From positions 1,163 to 65,162 of the IMG/VR virus record IMGVR_UViG_3300020046_002068: a stretch of 64,000 nt of DNA. One strand, given 5' to 3'. The stretch's first letter is position 1. Every line of letters begins with the position of its first letter. Both the position numbers and the translations under genes were made by a program. The notes below the pieces were generated by a model, which worked only from the letters and a program-made list of their open reading frames with translations, was not told the DNA's origin and did no database searches. This stretch comes from a virus (lineage: Duplodnaviria; Caudoviricetes). Positions 56,583 to 64,000 of the stretch are shown here, piece by piece.

Positions 56583-57497
56583 TCAGGTTGACCCGCTAGT
56601 TCCCCAAATGCCCAAATGGTCAGACCAGCCAAAGCTATAACGCTCTCTCGCCTTATACCTCATCACGCCGGTCTCGAACTCGCCTTCCATGGCGGTCTTC
56701 ATCGGCACGCGCTGGAACATCTTCAGACCGTTGGGGATATCGGTCTTGATGAACCATGCATTGGTATCGGTAAGCCAGTGATTGACCGAGAACCCACCCG
56801 GCAGAGCCGAGCTATTCACGATAGCATTCACGTCGTTATCCGCAGTACCCACGCGCTGCTCCGACTTCAGCAGGCGAACCGCCACAAACTGCAGGGCGGT
56901 GGGGATGATCAGCTTCATGCCGCGAGCGGCAATCAGCAGGCCCCGTTCGTCCGTCCAGGCGGCGATGCGGATCAGCGCATCTTCCAGCGAGGTCTCGTTC
57001 AGGTCAGCATTGGTGGACAGCGAGTTGCTGTTGGTACCACCACCGACCAGCGGGTGGTCCGTCGCGCACAGTTTCTTGCCGTCGCCACCAAGATAGCTGG
57101 TCGAGAAGGCGTTGTTCAGGACCGACGCCGCTTTGACTTGCTTGGTATACGCCATCGCACGTGCAAGTGCTTTGGTGTAGCGAGCCGACAGCGAGTCGTA
57201 CAGGTTATCCTCGATAGCTTCATCGGTGATCTTGAAGCCAAGCGCAATGGTTTCGTGGGTATACCGCGAAACGTATGCTTCCTGACCACTGTCGTAATCG
57301 ATGGCAGCGCCCTCGGTCTTGACACCTGCAGCACCGAAACCAGAGATCTTCAGTTCTTCCTCGAAGCTACGATCCGAGGTCTCGACATCGAAGATCTCTT
57401 TGTGCTCTTCGGGATAACGTTTGTACTCCAGACCAAACAGCCCGTTAAGCCCAGGCAGCAGTTCTTTAAGGAGTTGGGAACGGTTCATGACACTCAT
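56583..57497 (-). CDS. Major capsid protein, 304 aa
   Basis: RSQLLKELLPGLN..FG..Y, YTHETIALGF.IT.EA.EDNLY, YKARERYSFG motifs. Confidence 0.9.
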   Translation of the reverse strand: MSVMNRSQLLKELLPGLNGLFGLEYKRYPEEHKEIFDVETSDRSFEEELKISGFGAAGVKTEGAAIDYDSGQEAYVSRYTHETIALGFKITDEAIEDNLYDSLSARYTKALARAMAYTKQVKAASVLNNAFSTSYLGGDGKKLCATDHPLVGGGTNSNSLSTNADLNETSLEDALIRIAAWTDERGLLIAARGMKLIIPTALQFVAVRLLKSEQRVGTADNDVNAIVNSSALPGGFSVNHWLTDTNAWFIKTDIPNGLKMFQRVPMKTAMEGEFETGVMRYKARERYSFGWSDHLGIWGTSGST

Positions 57498-57507
57498 GTT
57501 CTACTCC

Positions 57508-58092
57508 TTATTTACCGGTGGGCAGGCGATGCAGGTGCACGGCCGGATTGATGATCACATGCGCCGTGGGGTACGAAGACGTGGGGTCCACCACATCAAC
57601 GATGCGCACAGCCAGTGACGACGTACCCGCAGCCGAAGCAGCGGTCAGGTTGACCGTCGAGCGACCCGTGGCGCTGTTCACCGTGAAGCTGCCCAGCGGT
57701 GCGTTCAGCCCGATGGTGGCGCTGGTGAGCGCGCCGTCAGCCTGGACCTTATAGATCACGTCCGGGTTGTCGATGACCTTGACCCAGATATTGGTATATC
57801 CAGCCGTGGTCGCACTGCCAGGGAGATATTGGCCGTGCAGTTCCTGCGCGCCAGCGGCGGCAGGGGTGGTGTAGCGAACCCCGACCACGACACCGATGGG
57901 CAGACTCGATGCGGTAGCGGGCGTGGGAGTGACGGCGATCTTCGTGGCGGCCCCCGAAGTCAGGGTGACCAAGTCACCCGCGCCGATAGCAGCGGTATCC
58001 GCCGGAACCCGGTACTCCCGGATAGTGCCAATCGGGTCACCAGTCAGCGTTTTGACCGGCGTAAGACCATTGTATGCTGCAGAAGCAGGCAT
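57508..58092 (-). CDS. Capsid cement / minor capsid protein, 194 aa
   Basis: Directly upstream of MCP; I.AGDLV, IGVVVG, DNPDVIYKVQAD. Confidence 0.65.
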   Translation of the reverse strand: MPASAAYNGLTPVKTLTGDPIGTIREYRVPADTAAIGAGDLVTLTSGAATKIAVTPTPATASSLPIGVVVGVRYTTPAAAGAQELHGQYLPGSATTAGYTNIWVKVIDNPDVIYKVQADGALTSATIGLNAPLGSFTVNSATGRSTVNLTAASAAGTSSLAVRIVDVVDPTSSYPTAHVIINPAVHLHRLPTGK

Positions 58093-58128
58093 GTTACCTC
58101 CTATAGTCTAACAAACCGGTCCGTATCT

Positions 58129-58620
58129 CTACTCGCCGGATCCAAACGAGACCTTAGACTTACGCTCGATGATGAGCGGCATCCGTGAGTCTTGTTCCTT
58201 CATCAGTGACGAATCGATAGAACTCATCGCCTTCTGATTCAATTCTTGGTAGTACTTAGCCCGGGCTTCCAACCGCTCTTTCGGAATACGGCACAGGATC
58301 AGACCACCAATCTCAATCACATCTTCGTTGCGCGCTGTACCCAGCATCATCTGGTATTCCGGATAGTCAGCCATCTTGCAGGGCTCCCATCCTTCACGCC
58401 GCTGACGCCACACATTCTGGTCATCCGCAGCATTCAGCATGCTCATACGCACCCACCGGTGTTTCCATCCCGGCCGTTCATCCGGCTCAGGCAGGTTGCT
58501 GGGCGGCACGTAGGTGTACGTGGTGTCACGCGCTTGATCTACCCGAGTATCTTGTGCCCGCGTCTCGTACTCACGCGATTGGGGGGCAACGGGTCGGAAC
58601 GCACTTGTAGCCATGATCAT
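58129..58620 (-). CDS. Conserved head morphogenesis protein, 163 aa
   Basis: P.RPGWKHRWVR...REGWEP, IGGLILCRIP motifs. Confidence 0.65.
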   Translation of the reverse strand: MIMATSAFRPVAPQSREYETRAQDTRVDQARDTTYTYVPPSNLPEPDERPGWKHRWVRMSMLNAADDQNVWRQRREGWEPCKMADYPEYQMMLGTARNEDVIEIGGLILCRIPKERLEARAKYYQELNQKAMSSIDSSLMKEQDSRMPLIIERKSKVSFGSGE

Positions 58621-59636
58621 TTCTCGTTGTTGATTGCTTGGAATTGCCGAGCGTACTCAGCCAGCGGCACACCCAGCTTGCGGGCGATCTCGGCTTGAGA
58701 CTTCGTGAGGGTGATCTTCCCAGTCTTAGTGGGGGCACCGCGCCCAGCGGGCGCAACACGAGAGTGGTTCTTGGTGGCGGTCTGCTGTGCCTGACGTTCA
58801 GGCCAGTTGTAGGTGGGGAAGACCTCACGAACCCGCTTGTCGATGGCACGGTAGTACGCATCGGGGTTCTCGCGGGGATCGACACCCTCCGCGACGAGTC
58901 GTTCATGGGTGGAGAACGCAATCGCGGTCATCTCACCCTCGACCCCATCTTTGCCGCCGAACCACTTGTTTCGGCTCATCCAAGCGCGGGTACTTGCGTC
59001 CGGCTCAGGTACAGGCTGTGGCCTGTTTGCTCCCGGCTGTTGCACGGGATGCTCACTTTGTACCACAGGCTGCTGTGGTTGTACAGACATTTTTTCAAGC
59101 GCATCGATACTGCGCGTGAAATGATCCACTTGGATGCGTGAATCAGTCATCTTCTCCTGCAGATCGGCGACCTCATCCCACCCGAGATTCAGTTCACCAG
59201 CACGCGACAGCTTAGCTTTCGCTTCTGCATAGGCGGTACGTGCCGTGTCCAGCTTAGTCTGCAGGGTGCGGAAGGCCCCCGTGGTCTGGGAGACGTTGTG
59301 CTGGTTCTGCTGGAGTTGCCCCTGGATGTTGCGGGCGTACTCGATGGCAGCATCCTTCTCGCGCTGCGCAGCCTCGGCCCTACGTCGTTCATCATGGTAG
59401 GCGTGGCGAAGGTCGTTGATCCGCTTCTGGACTTTCTCGTTGTACCCAGACAGTTCGTCATCGTCGGGCTCAGGGTTCTTGACGGCGGAGACGCCCCTAT
59501 CTTGCTCGGGGGTGTCGTCAACGACTTCTACTTCGATGCCAGTGTCATCATCGGTAGATGTAACAAGCTCGTCTTTAGGGAGCCCGTCATCACCAATGCC
59601 ACTATCAAATTCATCTTGCGTGTTATCGGTAGGCAT
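58617..59636 (-). CDS. Scaffolding protein, 339 aa
   Basis: Acidic N-terminus, coiled coil, C-terminal LTKSQAEIARKLGVPLAEYAR; position. Confidence 0.75.
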   Translation of the reverse strand: MPTDNTQDEFDSGIGDDGLPKDELVTSTDDDTGIEVEVVDDTPEQDRGVSAVKNPEPDDDELSGYNEKVQKRINDLRHAYHDERRRAEAAQREKDAAIEYARNIQGQLQQNQHNVSQTTGAFRTLQTKLDTARTAYAEAKAKLSRAGELNLGWDEVADLQEKMTDSRIQVDHFTRSIDALEKMSVQPQQPVVQSEHPVQQPGANRPQPVPEPDASTRAWMSRNKWFGGKDGVEGEMTAIAFSTHERLVAEGVDPRENPDAYYRAIDKRVREVFPTYNWPERQAQQTATKNHSRVAPAGRGAPTKTGKITLTKSQAEIARKLGVPLAEYARQFQAINNEK

Positions 59637-59647
59637 GATACGTTACC

Positions 59648-60019
59648 TTAAATGCGGCGATAGCCAGTGGGGTCTTCCACTACAGCTTCAACTTGGTCGT
59701 CGTTCAACATACGGAACTCTTGGTCATGCACACGAAACCGACTACCCCGATACGCGGACAGCAGCACAAAGTCGCCCTTTACACAGTATGGGCCACTTGG
59801 AAAACGGGTCTTATCGGAGTAGGCGTCAGGCCCTACGTCGAGTACGTACCCGACGACAGACCCGGTCTCTTCTATGAGTTTGGTGGTGTCAGCTTTAACC
59901 AGTCCGGAATCGAATGTTTCTTTCGACTTCGGGATAGCAACGAGTACCTTGAACCCACAAGGCTTAGGGAGTTGTTGCGGTTTCTTGATGTCCGATGGGA
60001 CAATGTCTTTGACATCCAT
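59648..60019 (-). CDS. groES: Co-chaperonin GroES (Cpn10)
   Basis: PCGFKVLV, SGLV, VLDVGPDAY, GDFVL, FRMLNDDQVEAVV. Confidence 0.88.
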   Translation of the reverse strand: MDVKDIVPSDIKKPQQLPKPCGFKVLVAIPKSKETFDSGLVKADTTKLIEETGSVVGYVLDVGPDAYSDKTRFPSGPYCVKGDFVLLSAYRGSRFRVHDQEFRMLNDDQVEAVVEDPTGYRRI

Positions 60020-60039
60020 ATTACATCCTTACTAAGTGG

Positions 60040-60222
60040 TTATTCATGCAACTGCATATACAAGTTCACACCGAGTCCCGAGATTACGCGCAGAACATCT
60101 CGCATTCGGTCAGCATTGAAGTCCGTCTGAGCCTCCCGGAGAAGCGGATACGTATTCAGGAGTTGCGTGTACAATTCCGTGAATGCGACGGGATCTCTCG
60201 GCAAGCCGTGGCTATCCTGCAT
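60040..60222 (-). CDS. Hypothetical protein, 60 aa
   Basis: Fills the gap between neighbours, overlaps the upstream stop. Confidence 0.5.
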   Translation of the reverse strand: MQDSHGLPRDPVAFTELYTQLLNTYPLLREAQTDFNADRMRDVLRVISGLGVNLYMQLHE

Positions 60223-60415
60223 CGTTATCTCCCTGCTCTGCTCGGTTCGTCATATCGAGAATCGCCTGCTCTGCGAGCGCTAGCCCGCGAATTACACCCT
60301 GATTCTCCCGGTATTCATCAATCCCGAGTTGACTGGTTAGGATAACGTCGGCAACCTCGTTCATTCGCTCACGCAGTTCTTTACGGAGACGGTTAATGGC
60401 TTCTGGGTGGTACAT
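60212..60415 (-). CDS. Hypothetical helical protein, 67 aa
   Basis: EYRENQGVIRGL motif, typical after portal genes. Confidence 0.7.
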   Translation of the reverse strand: MYHPEAINRLRKELRERMNEVADVILTSQLGIDEYRENQGVIRGLALAEQAILDMTNRAEQGDNDAG

Positions 60416-60420
60416 GTCAA

Positions 60421-62931
60421 TCAGCCCTTATCTGATTTATTGCTGCTGGAGGACTGTTGTTTCGCTGCCATCAGACGATCTCGCTTGGACTGAACAAGTA
60501 CTTTGGTTCTGTCACTCGCTGCGCGCAGACCAAGCTCAGCCCCTTTCATCCTTTCTTTCGAACCGATATCAGCTAGCTTTCCACCTGCTTGGATCGACAG
60601 TTCCTTCTGCCGAAGCGCTGTATCATCCAAGTGTTTCTGCTTGCGGAACTCCAGTTCACCACGGCGGATCTCCATCTCTTCCTCCTGCAGTTGCATGACA
60701 GGATCGTTCTGCTGGGCTTGTTGGGCCTGCTGTGCCGCGATCTGCTGATTGCGTTGTAGCACTTTATCACTAGCGTCCGCAATGGCCTTGGCCACCATCC
60801 CTGCCATCTGCGGGTCCATGGGTGCACCGGGGGGCGGCAATGCCTGCCCGATCTGCATCTCAATACTGCGTCGGTACTGGAACGCCACATGCTCTTGAAT
60901 GTGAGCCATCAGCGAGGACATCATCTGATTGGCATTCGGGCTCTGCCCCACGGTCGCCCGGATCATCGGGTCCTGCATCGTGTTCATGTGTACGCGGATA
61001 TGGGACTCATGATCTTGCTCAAGGATAGCCCGCACCGGTTGCCCCATCAGCACGGCCATAGTCTCAGCAGCGGGGTCAAGCGGCGGCACTTTGGTCTTAT
61101 CGGGAAGCATCTTATCTACCTGCGGCACCCCAGCGACATTGAGCGCCATGCGGTGGGCAACAGCCTTGTCGTACAGGTCCGGTGCCTGTGACATCAGTTG
61201 CAGGGAGTATTGTGCCTGCATCATGCGCACTGCAACGCTCGAAGCGTTGGGATCACTGACCGGTACAATGTCAATGATATCGTAGTCAGCCCTCGACGCT
61301 TGGCCGTTGTCATACCCATAATCATCGGCTGCATAGGTGCGGATAATGCGCTTGAGCAGCTTAAGCTCTGCCCGCATGGCATGGTGCACCCGGGACTGGA
61401 TGGCCGTCATGGGCTTGAACATCTTGTCCAGCACCGCGATGATGGTCCCGACCGGCGTGTCGCCCGTCATCCCCTTCAGGTCGATATTGTCCATCGCCGC
61501 CAGGGTGCGCCCCTCTTGCACGAGGTTCTGGTACAACTGGAACAGCGTTGCGCTCGGCTCCTTGAAGGGCAGCGCCATGATGTTCTCTTGGATCTTGCCC
61601 GAGATCACATCCACATCCTTGAACTCACCCGGCGCGATGGGCGTGTCCCCCGACTTGATGCGCAGTCCCCGGGTCTTGAAGCCACCCGGCAGGTTGACCA
61701 GCGTCCCCGCGTCGACTAACTGGCGGATGTTCTTGGTGGCCGCATCTGCAATGCCCCCAATGAGGTGGGCGTATCCGAAGCCATAGGCCCCGAACCCCGG
61801 GATCAAGCTATACGAAGTGAAGTACTGGAGCGGTGTATGTTTAGGGTCATCCTCCGCCCAATTCCTATACACACTCAGCACCGACCATCCGTTCAGGTCA
61901 ATGGTGACGATGTAGGGCTTGGGCTCTTCATCCCCCTCGAACTCGAACTCACGGTGCATCTCGACCAGCCAGACAAGGCCATCGTCATGCACGGTCTGGC
62001 TGAACTCACTCTCCGCAACCCCGATCACGTCGGCCTTGATGCGGCGGATCGCATCGTTGTACTGCGTACCTTGGTTCTCCTCTACGTCCACATCCCGGTA
62101 GAACCCTACCTTCTTAAGCCGCTCCACTTCACGGGCCGACTTACGAATAATATGCGCAGCCCACTCCGGCTCATGGACGTTCTCGGTATACCATGGGATC
62201 ACCATATCTTCCGGTGGCACAAAGGTAGAGCGAGGCCGCTCCGCCGCCGGGTCGTGATAGACCTTCTTAAACGCTTGTCCTGACAGCCCCAGTGTCCATA
62301 GCATCTTCTCGTGCTCGGACCGGTACTCCGGCATCTTCTCGGTCAGGTACATGTTCATGTCCCTAGCCACTCGATGCGCAGCAGCACTCTTCTCAGGCGT
62401 CTCTTCGCCCAGGATGGTGGGCTTGCACGGCCCCCCGGGTCGGAACGTCTCGACGCTGGTCTCCGACTGGAAGCGGAACAGGCTCTCCATCAGCAGGGGA
62501 TGGGTCACGCCGCACGCGCCCTGCCAGGGCCGCACCCGCTCCTCGTTCTTGATGCCCAGTAGCTCGATGGCCTTGCGATAGGCGGTCGCCCACCCCTCCC
62601 TCGCCGTTATATTCTGCTGCACCAAGTCCAGAATCTCTTGCGACGCGTCGTTCAGGATGCCTTCATCCTGTTCGTCCAGCATGTCCGCAATGTTGGCTTC
62701 ATGGTGGTAGACCTCACCCATGTTGGCCAACGCCATGGCCGCAGCCGCCATATCGTCGTCGCTGGGCTCCCCACTGTAGTCATCCGGGTCATCGATGATC
62801 TCGATCCCCTCATCCCCCATGGCACCTTCCTGCCCTACCTCTGGGTCCGGCGCAGCCGTGACCTCGATCTCTCCGGAATCGGCAAAATCAATGCCTTCCG
62901 GGGCCTGATACGGGGACTTTTCAATGCTCAT
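60421..62931 (-). CDS. Portal protein, 836 aa (P22/T7-like, long Q-rich C-terminal barrel)
   Basis: Follows terminase; R.W...Y.KAIELLG, HPLLMES, AFKKVY.D, LVDAGTL.NLPGG. Confidence 0.88.
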   Translation of the reverse strand: MSIEKSPYQAPEGIDFADSGEIEVTAAPDPEVGQEGAMGDEGIEIIDDPDDYSGEPSDDDMAAAAMALANMGEVYHHEANIADMLDEQDEGILNDASQEILDLVQQNITAREGWATAYRKAIELLGIKNEERVRPWQGACGVTHPLLMESLFRFQSETSVETFRPGGPCKPTILGEETPEKSAAAHRVARDMNMYLTEKMPEYRSEHEKMLWTLGLSGQAFKKVYHDPAAERPRSTFVPPEDMVIPWYTENVHEPEWAAHIIRKSAREVERLKKVGFYRDVDVEENQGTQYNDAIRRIKADVIGVAESEFSQTVHDDGLVWLVEMHREFEFEGDEEPKPYIVTIDLNGWSVLSVYRNWAEDDPKHTPLQYFTSYSLIPGFGAYGFGYAHLIGGIADAATKNIRQLVDAGTLVNLPGGFKTRGLRIKSGDTPIAPGEFKDVDVISGKIQENIMALPFKEPSATLFQLYQNLVQEGRTLAAMDNIDLKGMTGDTPVGTIIAVLDKMFKPMTAIQSRVHHAMRAELKLLKRIIRTYAADDYGYDNGQASRADYDIIDIVPVSDPNASSVAVRMMQAQYSLQLMSQAPDLYDKAVAHRMALNVAGVPQVDKMLPDKTKVPPLDPAAETMAVLMGQPVRAILEQDHESHIRVHMNTMQDPMIRATVGQSPNANQMMSSLMAHIQEHVAFQYRRSIEMQIGQALPPPGAPMDPQMAGMVAKAIADASDKVLQRNQQIAAQQAQQAQQNDPVMQLQEEEMEIRRGELEFRKQKHLDDTALRQKELSIQAGGKLADIGSKERMKGAELGLRAASDRTKVLVQSKRDRLMAAKQQSSSSNKSDKG

Positions 62932-62991
62932 GCTGGGCCTTTATGGGGTCTTAGTGCTGTGACGGGGTGCATTTCTGGATTCTTGCACGTA

Positions 62992-64000
62992 TCAATAGTA
63001 AGCGTAATCCATCGGCGCGTCACCACCCTTCCCGTCTTCATCTTCGTCATCCAGCACAGGTTTATCGGTCCCAATCGTCAGGAATCCACCCAATCTTAGG
63101 CGTAGCATGCTCATGATAAAGGTGTCCAAGAGGTCATCGTGCTCTGCGGACGGGAATGCAGCCACTTCTTCGACCAATTCCTCCGCCCAACGGGTCCTTG
63201 GCACCCAAACAAGCCCCGATTTGACCAAATCAGCCACTGAATTGAGCCTTGCCCGCTTATCACCGGTCGCACGGGTGGGGGTAAACTCGGAAACTGGCAG
63301 TCCGGAACGTCGTAATTCTTGATATAGGGCTGTTCCAGAGCCTTTTTTCTCTACAACCAGTACATCCAGCTTCCATTCGTCATAGATTTCCCGCACGGCT
63401 ACCTTCAACTCCGGGAATTCCATGCGTTTCTTGATTGTGTTTAGCAAGATAACGTGAGCTACTGCGTCTTCATCATCCGCTTTAGCCTCATGAATGCCGT
63501 CCGCAGCCATGTAGAACACACCCCAGACTGAAATAGCACTGTAGTCGGAGTACGTTTTGGTCTCTGCAGCGGTATCCAAGGCCCCGATGAGGTAGGCGCA
63601 CTCGGGTGGATCCTCATGTTCCCAGTATTTCCACCATTCCCGCTTGACGATTGCACCTTCTTCCGAGGTCGGATTCTGCTGATACTGTGCATTCCAGTAC
63701 TGCGCCTCGATAGAGTTCTTAAGTTTGAGCAGTGCTTCGAGGGACCAGAACTCAGGCCACAGCGGCTTGCCCGATGGCAGGATGGCAGGGAACTCTACGA
63801 CCTCCCACTGATCCGCATCAGGGTTCGCAGCCATGTTGGCTACCAATCTACCAGTCAAGTCACGCTTGCTCCAGCGGGTATGCAAGACGAGCAGGGAGGC
63901 TCCAGGTTGTACTCGCTGTCTAGCACCGGTCTGCCACCATTCATACACTCTATCAAAGACGGCCGGATCGCCTGTTTTAACGTCTTGTTCTGAATGCGGA
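62992..64000 (-). CDS. terL: Terminase large subunit, C-terminal part (5' end outside window)
   Basis: TRW...DL, YQQNP, LDTA...SDYSA, VVEKKGSG, AFP.AEHDDLLDT; frame stays open to the window edge. Confidence 0.92.
   Translation of the reverse strand, partial: PHSEQDVKTGDPAVFDRVYEWWQTGARQRVQPGASLLVLHTRWSKRDLTGRLVANMAANPDADQWEVVEFPAILPSGKPLWPEFWSLEALLKLKNSIEAQYWNAQYQQNPTSEEGAIVKREWWKYWEHEDPPECAYLIGALDTAAETKTYSDYSAISVWGVFYMAADGIHEAKADDEDAVAHVILLNTIKKRMEFPELKVAVREIYDEWKLDVLVVEKKGSGTALYQELRRSGLPVSEFTPTRATGDKRARLNSVADLVKSGLVWVPRTRWAEELVEEVAAFPSAEHDDLLDTFIMSMLRLRLGGFLTIGTDKPVLDDEDEDGKGGDAPMDYAYY

Noticed and set aside
1-64000. Diversity-generating retroelement or retron as the source of peptide diversity
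   Set aside because: No reverse transcriptase motif in any ORF, and no template/variable repeat pair differing only at adenines was seen.
1-64000. tRNA genes, integrase, transposase
   Set aside because: No cloverleaf/T-loop pattern or recombinase motifs recognised by eye; tRNAscan would be the decisive check.

Overview
This is a near-complete genome of a dsDNA tailed phage, probably podovirus-like and lytic (no integrase seen). The host is likely Gram-negative, given sigma70 promoters and an Rz/Rz1 spanin pair. The + strand carries an early/accessory region (0.2-18 kb), a lysis cassette (18.2-19.2 kb), lectin-like fibre and glycosyltransferase genes (19.2-24.6 kb) and a replication block (24.6-34.5 kb: family A DNA polymerase, Cas4-like nuclease, SNF2 helicase, SSB, HTH, primase-helicase). 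The - strand carries morphogenesis genes (34.4-64 kb: 2406-aa polyvalent protein, tail, GIY-YIG endonuclease, capsid, scaffold, GroES, portal, terminase running off the window). The main unexplained feature lies below the ORF-track cut-off. Hand translation of 2.1-17.8 kb gives about 57 translationally coupled microgenes (mostly 35-56 aa) in ten blocks. Their N-termini are unrelated, but they share a C-proximal Arg-Tyr (one has Lys-Tyr), in most cases within [FWY]-[LFIM]-x-x-R-Y. The same region holds a perfect sigma70 promoter followed by a ~550-nt stem-rich non-coding stretch, four copies of a 24-bp palindrome, an 88-bp inverted repeat that duplicates a microgene junction, and interleaved AAA+ ATPase, vWA-metallopeptidase and DUF3150-like genes.
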